Shown here: positions 12,991-26,590 of the stretch, piece after piece
How positions within the stretch are numbered: the stretch's first letter is position 1
Layout of the letters: every line of letters starts with the position of its first letter
Assembly (NCBI RefSeq): GCF_006345805.1
Contig: NC_042997.1
Coordinates: forward strand, 103,912,001-103,976,000
Origin: Octopus sinensis
Lineage: Eukaryota
Length of the DNA stretch: 64,000 nt
Reading direction: 5' to 3'
Program-made: the position numbers and the translations under genes
The notes under the pieces: model-generated
What the model was told of the DNA's origin: nothing
Databases searched by the model: none
What the model saw: the letters and a program-made list of their open reading frames with translations, nothing else

Positions 12991-13513
12991 TTCGTGAATA
13001 GCTGTAAAAGATCTTGGGTCATGTTAAATGTGTTTTATTTTAAGCATTGTTTAGATTTGTTCTTTGACTACATCAAATGTCATTTCTCTTGTATAGAAAG
13101 TTTGAATCTCTTCCTGTTGAATTACTTTTTTTTATTTAATTCTTGTAATTGTTTCTTTTACTCTATTCCTCCGACTTGTGTTATTTTTGAAATTGATTGG
13201 TAGATGGTTTTATTGTTGTTCTTGTAATGAATGATCCTGTTAGTATTTCACAATTCTTCACTGAAATTTTTGGCTCACCAATTTTCTAGTTGTATACCAC
13301 AAGGTCTAATCTATGATCAATAATATTTTAGCGGTGACCATCCTGCCTTGTATGAAATAGTATTGGTTGCTTCACAATTCATCCAATACGTCCTTCTGTT
13401 TTTTTTTTTAAAGATGGCGGAGCAGCTTTGAGAAACTATATCTTAGTTCTCCCTAGTCTCACATTTACAATCTGAAAAGGCGTCGAAAGAAGGCACGTTT
13501 TTATGTTTTTGTA

Positions 13514-13837
13514 GTAAACACACCACCAACGGTGGTCAAGCGATGGCGAGGGACACACAAACACATAAACACTAAACACACACACATACATGCATACATA
13601 CATACATACATACATACATACATACATACATACATACATACATACATACATACATACATACACATACATGTATACGACGGGCTTCTTTCCGCTTCCGTCT
13701 ACCAAATCTACTCACAAGGCTTTGGTCGGCCTGAGGCTATAGTAGAAGACACTTGCCCAAGGTGCCACGCAGTGGGAATGAACCTGGAACCATGTGGTTG
13801 GAAAAGAAGCTATTACCACACAACCACTCCTGCGCCT
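13514..13837 (-). mobile_element. Family A SINE, 3'-truncated
   Basis: AGGCGCAGGAGTGGTTGTGTGGTAA head on minus strand with internal (TATG)n tract. Confidence 0.85.
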
Positions 13838-13859
13838 GGTATGCTATAATTTGAGAAAG

Positions 13860-15400
13860 TATAAATTGCTATTACTAGCAGGCAAAACGGTCACATGGAC
13901 ACCCAATATCCGCTAGTTTCTCTCCATGTTGCAGCAGATTCTATTGACGTTCTTGGGTGGGGTAGGGGTATGTACTCCTAATACCTTTGCAAGAAATGTA
14001 GGTGCTCTTACATCCATTTTCTCTCCCATTACATTTGAGCTTATTGTTTATAGTTCGTAATTTCAAAGTACCTGGTTAGTGGTGTAGTTTTTTATTTGGA
14101 ATTCATAATTTTTTTTATTTTGATATTAATGTTAATAAGATTAATGAGTTTGAGTAGGATAAAATCTCTGAAGCAGTTGGGATTTTGTACTTGTAGCATT
14201 TAGAGGATACGCTTGTAGAACTTTCTCTACCTCCACCTTTCTCTTTCATTGCTAGGAAATCGTTTGCATTTCAAGCTCCTTTCTTTTGGGTTTTAAGGAT
14301 GATTTTTTATTTATTTTACCCTTTCAATCATTGATTTATTATTTTTAGAATACGTCTCCTTTCTTACTTTCATATTAATCTGTCGGACGTGATTTTATTC
14401 TTTCTTCTCGGAGTCACCTCCTTCCCAGGTCTGGCTAATCCGAGACCCTTCTTGGAAGCTTTACTTCTTTTCCCTCCTTACACCGTTTAGAAATTCGCAA
14501 CGGCTTTTGTTTCCAAATTGACAGACGAGATATCAGTACATGGTGGTAAGCAAGCTTTCAAATCTTACAGAAGCACTCCTCGTTGTTATTCTGAGATGTA
14601 ATAGAAAAAGAGACAGTTGCTCTATCTGCCATTACACGTATATTCTTTTGTCTGATGTCATTCAGTTAGATTTCACCATTAATATTGCTGTTGAGATATC
14701 CACAGTAGCTGTTGACAGCCGTTTTTCTCCTGTTACTCTTGCTGTTTCTTTTCCACCTATCAATGGCCGTGGCAGAATTGGTTGAGGCTTTTGCTGATTT
14801 TCATGTTCTTATGGTTGTAATAGAGGTGTTGGAAATCTAGGCGCGGGTTGGCTTTTAATTGTTGTTTTGTCATTTCAGTAGATGAGTGGACAATTTCAGA
14901 AAGCTTATATTGCATACATGAATCAACCAGTCTTCCTTCCCTCTCTAACGCTCCTCATATTTCTTCTTTTGTTTTTCTCACGTACCATAAACACGTCTGC
15001 TGGTTACGAAATTACTATACGTAATTAACACCGGATCCATTTACTTTAGAGTATGTTTTCTATTTTACAACTTTGGTCACCACCATTGGAGGGCTCACAT
15101 ACAGTAATATATCTATTCTCACCGCATCAAAAGACTGACGTCTAAATAGAGTGGGACCAGCATGGACGCTTCAGAGACGCATAGCATTCTCGAATATAAT
15201 ATATTACCTCCACTATAGTATGCTTTCTCTTTGTGAACAACAAAACGATATTTCCCTCACCAACATATGTTTCATGTAATTTTCTGCGTGGGAAAGGATA
15301 GTGCTTTCCATTCTCTCCGAACTTCATCGAAAGTACTGCTAGGTATCCGACTCTCTTTGCAGTCACTGTACTTTCTCTTCTATTAATGATCTTTCAACTG
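13860..15400 (-). mobile_element. Possible highly decayed LINE relic (ORF1 / APE-endonuclease region)
   Basis: Microsatellite-free, A-rich on minus strand, with scraps such as GVHTPT (cf. GVYAP) and VREGRK; no continuous frame. Confidence 0.3.
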
Positions 15401-15949
15401 CCTGTGATATTTATTTGGAGATTGGGTGGTGGTACATTGTATACTTTCTTGCTCTTGTTCTAGGTCTAAAATCCTGTCTAATACCATGAAGTTCCAAAAA
15501 AAAAAACCCAGCTCCTGGCACTGTTATTGCTGTCAGCGTATATTGTTCTTGTTAATAATAATGTTGTCATCAATGCTATTATTGCTACTGTTTTATTACT
15601 ACTTTTGACGGGTGTTTACCGCATTGTTAGCTTGAGGGTTCTTAAAATTATCACTCTTAATGTTATTTTATTGTTTAACCCTAGGTCAGTCCTGATCAAG
15701 CTGGCTTATAATAAAAGTTATTCCAGCCATGACCATTCTACTTTTACATTGACAGTCGGCAACTACGACCACTTTATCCACTGTGTCCTTTCTCCTGAGA
15801 AAGAAAGCAATAAATGAAAGACTACTGAATAATCATAATCGTTTTGATATTTGCCACAAGGCTGAGAGACGAGATAACATTATAAGGAAAATTTAAAAGA
15901 AGACTAGTCCATAATTGTAATATTTTAATTGTGCACCACAGTTTTCGTC

Positions 15950-16002
<53 letters not shown>

Positions 16003-16058
16003 TGATGATGATGATGATAATTATGATGATGATTATGATGATGATGATGATAATGATG

Positions 16059-16129
<71 letters not shown>
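15950..16129. repeat. (AAT)n/(GAT)n microsatellite
   Basis: Read directly; supplies the poly-N/D start of ORF 15929-16873. Confidence 0.95.
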
Positions 16130-16970
16130 CAATACTGCACTAAACTAAACGCAAAAGAAATAGACAAAGAAAAATCCCAGCAATGGTTGAGAAGCTCAGG
16201 ACTCAAAGCAGAAACAGAGGGATTTTTAATTACAGCACAAGACCAAAGCCTCCCCACCAGAAATTACCAAAAACATGTAATGAAAAGAAATATTACAAGT
16301 AACTGCAGAATATGTGGAGATGGACAAGAAACAATAAATCATATTATCTCTAGCTGCCCAGTCCTGGCTAAGAAGGAATATATTCACAGACATGACAGAG
16401 TTGGAACCTACATACGTTGGAAGCTATGCCAACATTATGGAGTAACAACAGAAAAAAGATGGTATAGGCACACACCAGAAAAGGTCACAGAAAACGAGAA
16501 AGCAACCATACTCTGGGATATGCCGATACACACAGATAGAGAAATTAAGGCCAACAGACCAGATATAGTTGTCAGAGATCATGAAGAAAAAAAATGCTTT
16601 CTAATTGATGTATCAATACCGGCAGATGACAACGTGTCTCTAAAAGAAATGGAGAAACTCTCAAAATACAAAGACCTGGAAATAGAGGTAACTAGAATGT
16701 GGAACCTGAAAACAGAAACAATTCCTATCATAGTAGGTGCATTAGGCATGATAAAAAAATATTCAGACAAATACATAACAAAAACACCAGGACTTACAAA
16801 CACATATAACATACAGAAAATTGCACTACTAGGCACTGCACACATCCTACGCAGAACACTTTCCATACAATAACCATCAGAGCATCACAACAAATCACAG
16901 CACATACCCAAGGCATACAGAGCTGCGCTCGGTAGTGAAATGAAAGCACGCTATAAAAATAAAACTACTG
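16130..16970 (+). mobile_element. 5'-truncated R4/Dong-clade non-LTR retrotransposon (CCHC zinc knuckle plus restriction-like endonuclease)
   Basis: Uninterrupted frame to TAA at 16873 with AQDQSL, CRICGDGQETINHIISSC, RHDRV, ILWD, NRPDIVV, LIDVSIP, KYKDL; ~100-bp 3' UTR; (AAT)n on both sides. Confidence 0.92.
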
Positions 16971-17030
16971 AATAATAATAATAATATAATAATAATAATA
17001 ATAATATAATAATAATAATATTAATGATAA

Positions 17031-17239
17031 TTTCTACTATATGCACAAGCTCTGAGATTTGGGAGAGGGATAATCGATTACGTAGACCTCAGTACTCAAC
17101 TGGGACTTTTTTTTTCGACCCCGAAACAAGGAAAGACAAAATCAACCTTGGCAGAATTTGAACTCAGAATGTGAAGACAAACGATATGCAGTGAAGCATT
17201 TCGCCCGGCGTGCTAACGATTCTGCTAGCTCGCCGCCTT
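17031..17239 (-). mobile_element. tRNA-derived SINE, family C, in (AAT)n
   Basis: Minus-strand head AAGGCGGCGAGCTAGCAGAATCGTTAG and GAGTTCAAATTC B-box-like motif; homologous to 21451 and 61685. Confidence 0.85.
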
Positions 17240-17241
17240 AA

Positions 17242-17306
<65 letters not shown>

Positions 17307-17333
17307 GCAATAATAATAATAATAATAATAATG

Positions 17334-17390
<57 letters not shown>

Positions 17391-17960
17391 GTTTCAAATT
17401 TTGCCACAAGGGTAGCAGTTTTGGCGCTCGAATAATAAACATTATTATACGATACTTTACTAGTAGTAGCACAACAAACGCACATTAAGAATAACAACAA
17501 GCACAGCAACAATTTTTTCTTGTCAGTATTTCTTAGTCCACATCTGGAAACTATTGAAATGCAGAAACCAGAACAAAAAAAAAGTGGGAAACAATGCTTT
17601 AAATGCACGACTAATTCCACTGTCTTTAGAATGCTCCATCGATCAAAGTCAGACGGTATCAATGTTGTTCATATTCTGTATATATCTTCAGCAGCTTCAC
17701 ACTACAGTAATATATATTTCTTACTGTTTTAACAGAGTCGGCCAGTATAGATAAATACTGCAGCATCAGCAGGAGACTAAGAAACAACAGTGACAATAGC
17801 ATCCGCCGAAAGACAGAGACGAGAGCAGCAGAAACCATCATAGTATCTTTCTTGAAATCTTTTCCTTATATTATGTGTGCACAAGAATGTATCTGTAGCT
17901 TTGTATGTGTGTGTGTGTGTGTTTGTTAGTTTGTGTTTGTGTGTGTGTGAGTGTGTTTGT

Positions 17961-18015
<55 letters not shown>

Positions 18016-18849
18016 TGTATGAGTGCGTGATTGTGAAAACTGCAGTCTGTTAACATGCAGCCTGTGGAGAAAATGGTATGTGCATGAAATTTCCATTTTG
18101 TATTGTTTTATTTGTTTATGTTACTGGACTGCAGCCATACAGGAGCGTCATTTTGAAGCATTTATTATTATTATTATTACTATTTTTTAATTTGGATTAT
18201 ATTATCACTAGTATATTTCTTTTAGGTCGGAAATCTATTATTCGAACCGTTACGGGACATAAAAATAAACAGTGATTCTTTCAACAGTGTCAATCAACAG
18301 ATAGATATGAAGACACATATACAACTCACTCCCACATTTTCTCTCTCCCTGACACCCTCCCTATTTCCCTCTATCTGTTGTACACACACACACACATACA
18401 TACACACAGACACACAAACAAATATATATATATAATTTCGAATAAGTTTGGCCACTCAGAATAAAGAATAGAAAGATAAGATGTATCCCAAGACTTTTAG
18501 TTTTTCCATAAGCCGAAGAATAAGATGAAAGAGGATGTGGCAAGGGTTCTGGTCACCGTCACTTTGAAGGACCTCTATTGTGCATTCACGAAGAGGCTTA
18601 GAGCGCCTCAGCAAGCGCATTTAAATCAGAGCGTCCTAGTTTGAAGGAAATCAATGTCTTGTAGCCTATAAAATTCTCAAAACCTCTGGTTCTTGCAAAT
18701 ATGTATGTATATCTATATACTTATTCACACACACACACATATGTCTATATGTGCGTGTGTGTTGCTACATATATGCACAGATATGCACACACACGAACAT
18801 AAATGGGTTTATCTATGTTTACATACAAACATACATATATAAATATATA

Positions 18850-19129
18850 TCACGTGATCACGTAACCGACCAGTCCTTCGCTGGTCACAATGGGTTCGCA
18901 TGGTTTTAGCCTTCGAACGACGCCAGCTGGCTAAGCGAGCAGGCCAACAGAAGAAAGAGTGGGAGAAAAAGTCGTGAAAGAGTACAGCAAGGATCACCAC
19001 CCCCTACCGGAGCTCGTGGAGCTTTTAGGTGTTTCCGCTCAATAAACACTCACAACGCCCGGTCTGGGAATCGAAACCGCGATCCTACAACCGCGGGTCC
19101 GCTGCCCTAACCACTGGGCCATTGCGCTC

Positions 19130-19131
<2 letters not shown>
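18850..19131 (-). mobile_element. Family B SINE in TA/CA tract
   Basis: Reverse complement aligns to 5777-6086. Confidence 0.88.
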
Positions 19132-19199
<68 letters not shown>

Positions 19200-19205
19200 C
19201 ATATG

Positions 19206-19280
<75 letters not shown>

Positions 19281-19447
19281 TATACATACATATATATATA
19301 CACACACACATGTATGTGTATGTGTGTGTGTGTGTGTACACTATATTCTTCTCTAAATAATGTATAGTTTATTGACTAGATTTTTTCCTTCTCGCTAGAC
19401 CACTGGTAGCTAAAAATTTTTTCGATAAATATTCTTGCTACCTAAGA

Positions 19448-19517
<70 letters not shown>

Positions 19518-19546
19518 ATACAATATGTTACATTACTCGGTAGTCA

Positions 19547-19609
19547 AGATAAAACTCTGAGTTTCAGATGCCGAAGTGGAAATCCACAACACCATCTCTT
19601 CGGTTATCT
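19547..19609 (-). ncRNA. Type I hammerhead ribozyme-like motif (inverted copy)
   Basis: Reverse complement of 19922-19984. Confidence 0.6.
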
Positions 19610-19921
19610 GGCTATTTGAAAACGTTATGAAAAAATACCGTTAAAAATGAAGGGAAATTACTCTGTTATAACTCTGCTTTGCCTGCGTACTTATACATCG
19701 CTCGCATTTTTCGTCATAAAAATTATATAAAAATACATAAAAATATATAAAAATATATAAATATATATTTTTATATATTTTTATATATTTTTATGTATTT
19801 TTATATAATTTTTATGACGAAAAATGCGAGCGATGTATAAGTACGCAGGCAAAGCAGAGTATATACAGAGTAATTTCCCTTCATTTTTAACGGTATTTTT
19901 TCATAACGCTTTCAAATAGCC

Positions 19922-19984
19922 AGATAACCGAAGAGATGGTGTTGTGGATTTCCACTTCGGCATCTGAAACTCAGAGTTTTATCT
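19922..19984 (+). ncRNA. Type I hammerhead ribozyme-like motif (CCGAAGA core variant)
   Basis: Stem I AGATAA/TTATCT; core CCGAAGA (19928-34); stem II GATG..GTGGA/TCCAC..CATC; extra T; GAAA (19966-69); stem III CTC-A-GAG; GUU site. Confidence 0.6.
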
Positions 19985-20119
19985 TGACTACCGAGTAATG
20001 TAACATATTGTATAGATAAATTTCCTCTATTTACATAATATTGAGGTCTCTTTCTTTCTTTTGTTATCTTACCGTTTTATCAATATATATATATGTATAT
20101 TATATATGTATATATATAT

Positions 20120-20173
<54 letters not shown>

Positions 20174-20204
20174 ATATATTATATATGTATGTGTGTGTGT
20201 GTAT

Positions 20205-20413
20205 GTTTGTGTGTGTTTGTCCTCCTAGCATTGCTTAACAACCGATGCTGGTGTGTTTACGTCCCCGTCACTTAGCGGTTCGGCCAAACAGACCGATAGA
20301 ATAAGTACTGGGCTTACAAAGAATAAGTCCCGGGGTCGATTTGCTCGACTAAAGGTGGTGCTTCAGCATGGCCGCAGTCAAAATGACTGAAACAAGTAAA
20401 AGAGTAAAAGAGT
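20205..20413 (+). mobile_element. Family A SINE 3' half
   Basis: CAACCGATGCTGGTGTGTTTACGTCCCCG...GACTGAAACAAGTAAAAGAGTAAAAGAGT. Confidence 0.88.
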
Positions 20414-20593
20414 ATATATGCTCAAAATGACTCATCGCTTTAGGTATACATTCTCAATGTATGAAATGATGGTGAGATCTAACGAAGGACTAACGATTAC
20501 ACATTTTACTAATGTACTACGGGTCTAAGTAATCTGTGGAAATACTTATACTTTTAAATAAAGAATGATGTTTATTCTATTTTCTATCATGTC

Positions 20594-20667
<74 letters not shown>

Positions 20668-20748
20668 CGTCTGTATGTCTTGTCTAGAAATATATATATA
20701 TATATATATACATATATACATACACACACACACACACAAACTCACACA

Positions 20749-21445
20749 CAGGATGCGTTTAATAAGTATCAGACTTTATTCTTTTCCTGCCAAAAACTAA
20801 TGTGTTTTGGGCGAAATCGTTCGGATGTGTGGTGACGCCACCCTTCCTGCGCAAAAGCAAAAAATTCCGCGTCGGTACGCCGCGTCATCTCCCGGCTGCT
20901 ACGCTATCACGTATATTACGCTAATATATATATACGCTAAGACTTGTATTGCGCACCTGTCGAGTTTTCGTTTTCACACAAGACGACAGAACGCATCGTA
21001 CATAATTCATCCCCAGTGATGATGGGGCTTCATGAAGGATGGCTCGTGGTTTGCACAGTGTAGCATGTTCTGCGTGATTTCCATACGGAGTTACTTCAGC
21101 TAATCTGTCACCACTTTGGGGACGAATTTCGCCCTCAACTCTCTGCACACACATCCTCCTTTAGAATGGAATGCACTAATACTGTGCTTATTCCCACTCC
21201 GTGAGCAAAATTCTGGATTGTTACATGACGGTAACAATTCCTAGACTATTCACCGAACCTTTTCAATCGGCTCCTCATTCTGGATTTTGAATGTCTTGCC
21301 TGAGCGTGCCTCCTTCTCCACTGTTTGAAGTACTTGTACCACTCCTTGATCTGAGTTTGCCTGTGGCATCATCACCAAAGGCTTGCTGAAACTTCCGAAT
21401 GGCTTAAGCTTGAGTATCACAAAGCTTGTGACAATATTGATGTAA
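20749..21445 (-). mobile_element. Decayed, internally deleted mariner
   Basis: Terminal CAGGATGCGTTTAATAAGT; minus strand near 21440-21350 encodes CHKLCDTQA*AIRKFQQAFGDDA, a mariner N-terminal HTH-like segment. Confidence 0.6.
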
Positions 21446-21450
21446 TATCT

Positions 21451-21647
21451 ATTTCTTTACTACCCTCAAGGGGCTAAACATAGAGGGGACAAACAAGGAC
21501 AGACAAAGGGATTAAATCGATTACATCGACCCCAGTGCGAAACTGGTACTTTATTTATCGACCTCGAAAGGATGAAAGGAAAAGTCGACCTCGGCGGAAT
21601 TTGAACTCAGAACGTAACGCTAGGCAAAATACCGCTAAGCATTTCGC
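21451..21647 (-). mobile_element. Family C SINE, 5'-truncated
   Basis: Closely matches 61685-61880. Confidence 0.88.
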
Positions 21648-22527
21648 GAGAAGAATGGTATCATCTCTCACCCGAAAGATTTTGCTCACGCGGGAAAGTA
21701 TAAAGTCGGTTACTATTTCAATGCCCTTCTTATGTATACATGTATGTATGTCTGCGGTTGTGTCATCGCAAGTATCCATAATATGCTTTTGCGTGCGTGT
21801 ACAATGCATGAAAATGGGGTGTGATTCGCCTATGAGTGATGTAACATATTGAGGTTATTTTAAAATAATTCTCATTTGTCTTGACACCAACCTACCAACC
21901 AGCCAACCAACCAAGCTACGAAACAACGTCGCAATCTTATTTCTGTTCTGGCTAGTGTGAATCATGAAAAGCATTGAATAAGTAAGTGCATCAATATATC
22001 TTGCATCCAGGTGAGCAGCGCCTTTTTCAAATTAGTTACAGTCCTTTTGTAAGGGTAACTAGCATTTCTGTGATAATTAATTACATGTGGGTACATTGTT
22101 TAAGCCGCAATGAAAGTTCACTGGACAAAACAATCCTGAATCGCCAAGCCTGTGTTGACATTGAAGGATGGGATCTAGGCATGTTCTCGTAATGTATGTT
22201 AGCACCAGTGGTTCCCTAACCATTATATATTACACTTCAGCGGGGAGGGCCATGTGGGAGCAAAAAAATAAAAGAAACAATAAATCAAAAGAATAAACCA
22301 CTAGAGGAGTTTTTATTATATTATTATCTTCTATGTTATTTTATTTGTTTATTTGGTGTTGGTTTTAACCAGAAACACATGTCGACATCAATCCACCCTA
22401 CTCTTAAAATGCAACCGATATAAAGATACAATATATATCATTAATAAACATATGACGCAATAAAAATAAAGATTAAATAAAGCATGTTGTTCTGCTTTGC
22501 TGTTGTTGCCACTACTACTACTACTAC

Positions 22528-22562
<35 letters not shown>

Positions 22563-23957
22563 ATAATAATAATAATAATACGACGACGACTACTACTACT
22601 GATAATAATTATTTCATTTATTGGCCACTAGGGAGGACATACAGGGGACAATACAGTAAACGGGACAATGGTGGGGGGTTACACAAAACAAGGACTAAAC
22701 AATTAGGAAAACAATAAAAATAAACATTAAACAAGTAAAATATGACAATGAGACTTCCCCACTAGCGAGGATGACTACCCAGTTTTAGCTCAGGTACCCC
22801 ACTAATCCTGAACCATCCGATGCTTCGAGCAAGACTAATGATAATAATAATACTAATAATAACAGCAACAGCAATAGACAGTAATCGCTGTGGGTGGGGC
22901 CGAGTAGGTGTTATTAAACGAAAGAAATGATTAGAGAGAGTTATGATATTATCACCACGATAAAAATGTGAATGACCATACTAGAAGCTGGACCACAATG
23001 TTGGTATCCATGGTGGTGTGATGATTTAACGCTCTTTTCTTCCTCCCCCTCCTCTTCCTCCTTATCCTCCTCCTCCTCATCATCATCGTCGTCAACATCA
23101 TCATCTTTGCAATCAGAGACTGGTGACACAGATGACGGTATGATGGAGGTATAACACAAGGGTAGAGACGAAAGAAGCAAAAGACAAAACAAAAACAACT
23201 CAGTGGCAGGTGGCGCTAAAGTATAACTGCGATGATGACGTCGATGACCTCTGAGTATAAACAGTTCACCCTTTCGCTAAATTGATAAGTAATCAATCTG
23301 AAATCAATCAGATGAGTATGATAACTCCTTTAACAATTCTACACAGTGATCATTTTGTCATAGTCACTTGCCATTCATTGGATGAATAAATAAATAAATA
23401 AATAAAATAAAATAAAAATAAACGAAGCTACACCCTTTCTCTAGCTACCCGATTCCCGATTAGCCTTCATTTCCTGCCCTCTTTTTAGGTTGTATCTTCC
23501 ATTCTCGGGGTTTTTTTTGTAGGGAGGGGGTTGCTTCTTTTCCCCTTTTTTTCTTTTTACTTATTTTCATTTATCTTTGCTTAACAACACCCTGGAACAA
23601 CAAAACAACAACAACAACAAAAATGGCAACTGCCACAATAGTGACAACGACGAAACGACTGCCACTGGCACTACTATCAGCTCCACCGCCACCACCACTA
23701 CCGATAACAACAATAACAACAACAGCATTAGCAGTAAGGGTAACAATAGCAACAACAACTAATCCAACAACAATATGACTTGGGTGACTTTTCTAGATGC
23801 TCTTGTAACTTCTTTCGTTTTTTTTTTTCTTTTGTCTCCTTGTTAGCACAATAAAGGACAGCCGCCTACTCAGCCAAACACCCGAACACTGATCTGCTTC
23901 TACCAGTATGTGTACTGATCTTTTTTATCCCCTCTACCTAACGACAGTAAAAAAAAA

Positions 23958-24003
<46 letters not shown>

Positions 24004-25404
24004 AAAAAAAAAATATATATATAAAATAAATAAGATTAAGTAGGAGATAGTTGTAGTGTGAGGTGGGCTAGAAGACAAAGGCGGGGAAGAAATAGGCAAA
24101 TAAAATAAACAAATAAAAATTACTTAACAACACAAAAACAAAACTAAAAGAACAAAAGACAAAACATTTTAATAAAAAAAACCGAAGATATATAAAAAAA
24201 GAAGCCACTAAGAAATAAATGAACAAAAAATAAGAAAAATAAATAGAAATAGAAATAACAATAAAAGAAAAAGAAATGGGCGGTTTGTTTCATTCTTCTT
24301 AACGGTCTGCCGAATTTATGGCCTTGTTACCGTGTCATGGGTCACTCGGAGCACAATACACGTAAATTGAATAATTTTAACCACATCAGTTGACAAGTGA
24401 ACGAAGTCTGCCACGCTAAGTTCACAGTAAATATGGCTCTTATGTTAGCATCGCTTGTCTGTCGATTCCAACTGGTATAAGTTGATATACACAGATGTAA
24501 TAAAAAAGATTTTGAAAAAAAAAATGGTGATAAGAAACATCAAAAACAAAATATGCTTAAACAAAGTTTGAAGAAGAAACGTGTGGATAAAACAAAACAA
24601 AACATGGGAGATTGTTAAGATACATAGTTAAACCCATCTTCGGTAGATTTCATTAACATAAGATGAGTATTAGTCTCATAACGCACGCACATACACATAC
24701 ACAAACACACAAACACACATAAAATACACACTTGTATAGGGAGAGAGAGAGAGAGAGAGAAAGAGATACATTCTTATATACATACGTTCGCGTAAACATA
24801 AACATATATACATGTACGAGTTTGTGTGTGTGTATACATCTATACATACGTTGGGTTTCCACAGTCTTTCCATCGACGAAAATTTCACGCATGTAGCATT
24901 GTTAAATAAAAGTTTACGACAGAGGATAGCAGCCATTTGTACCAGCTGTACAATCGAACTTTGAACAGCATGGTTGCTGAGTAAATTCCTCGTCTTGAAT
25001 TCGTTTTACTGTATCGAAGCCTAATTAGTCAAGATTCCCTTTTTAACACAGTAGGGGAATTTTATTTCGAGTAGATCAAGCAATCACATAGGGCCTCTCT
25101 CAATTAATTGTTTACGACAGGCGAACGTTGGATTAGGTATTCCAGTGTATATAATACTGAAATTCACACTTCTGAGTTCACTAAATAACCAAACAACGTT
25201 ACTTTAGGTATTTTTAAAACTCCATTATTCTTGATAACTGAGTTAACCAATGAAAATATATATACCTTGTAACTCTTCTCATCATTCCATCTTCTATCGA
25301 CCAACAATTATTATGGATAGTTAAATAAATTATCTTCGATAGTGAAAGAGTTATCTGGTTCATCACTAATATCCCTCCAATTCAAATAAATTTATATATA
25401 TATA

Positions 25405-25592
25405 AAACTATTGAAAAGGTTGCAAGATGCAACGAACATTTTAGGAAAATAAAAATAAGTGGAAATTTTACCGGTGAGTGTGTTACATTATAAGGCACAA
25501 AAAGAAAATGACTCTCCCCAGACACAACAGAATATACTTCAACACACGAACTCATAAAGAATCTTGCAAACCAAATCCCAAAACGATATACA

Positions 25593-25626
<34 letters not shown>

Positions 25627-25637
25627 ATATATATATA

Positions 25638-25696
<59 letters not shown>

Positions 25697-25746
25697 ATAT
25701 ATGTATATCGTTTTTGGATTTGGTTTGCAAGATTCTTTATGAGTTC
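25405..25746. repeat. Repeat fragment ending in a 46-bp inverted repeat around (TA)n
   Basis: 25548-25593 GAACTCATAAAGAATCTTGCAAACCAAATCCCAAAACGATATACAT vs reverse complement of 25701-25746, 1 mismatch. Confidence 0.8.
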
Positions 25747-25786
<40 letters not shown>

Positions 25787-25942
25787 GGATTAGATATCCT
25801 ATTATCTTTTAGTGTAAAATTCGATTTGTTTTACATAAGTATTATGAAGATAATTGTTATTAGTATTTTGATTAAAACATTCACGCTTCAATCAAACACA
25901 AACTTCTCAAGTCAATGAATATGCAATCAACAATCTAAAATG

Positions 25943-26005
<63 letters not shown>

Positions 26006-26332
26006 GTGTAAAAAAATACAAACTGGGACAAGAATGCAAAACATTTAGAAGACGATACAAAAATTACGGACGGGATATTCGAAGCCTTCAATCTTCAGTC
26101 AAGAACCACACGCGCGTGCGTGAGTGTGTGTGATCCCTCTAGTCTGAAAAGCTGCTAACATACCTGGACGAATATAATTCACAAAATCATATAAGTTTAC
26201 AATAAACTGAATGTGTTAATGCAACATTTAAATATCACATTTTTAACTAATTTAGTGTTGAAAGACGGTCAAGCATTGAATTTGAAAATTGCCTTATCCT
26301 TATCTTCAGTCCTTAGTTCGTTTTGCTTTTTC

Positions 26333-26590
26333 CAGTGTTTCTCAACCATATTTTTTTTACCTATGGACCCCTTTGATTCCTATTTTATTCGGATGCCCCC
26401 CCCCCATAACAAGTTGATGTTTAAAAAAATCATATTACATTTTAATAATTAAATATGATTAGGAATTGTAAAAAAATTGTTAAAATATTTTGTCATGTAG
26501 AAGTATAAACAGTTAACTGCAGATAAATTTTAACAAGAAAATCTTATATGTGCGCCCAGGGGCCATTTGGATCCCGGTTGAGAACCACTG
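26333..26590. mobile_element. hAT-like MITE
   Basis: TIRs CAGTGTTTCTCAACC / GGTTGAGAACCACTG; homologous copy at 36223-36843. Confidence 0.8.

Larger units (their letters stand above)
19513..20083 (+). mobile_element. Fold-back (506-bp palindrome) non-coding PLE-type element with unique 3' tail, in (TA)n
   Basis: 19513-~19764 is the near-perfect reverse complement of ~19766-20018; tail 20019-20083 recurs at 55378-55440. Confidence 0.85.

Noticed and set aside
15929-16129. Asn/Asp-rich N-terminus of the 314-aa ORF
   Set aside because: It is the (AAT)n target tract in frame by chance with a truncated LINE
17734-17845. Possible plus-strand exon after TTTTAACAG
   Set aside because: One open frame, but no convincing donor site and no recognisable protein similarity
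26060-26108. Minus-strand CTGAAGA..TTCGAA HHR-like motif
   Set aside because: No GAAA and no coherent stems I or III; at most a repeat fragment
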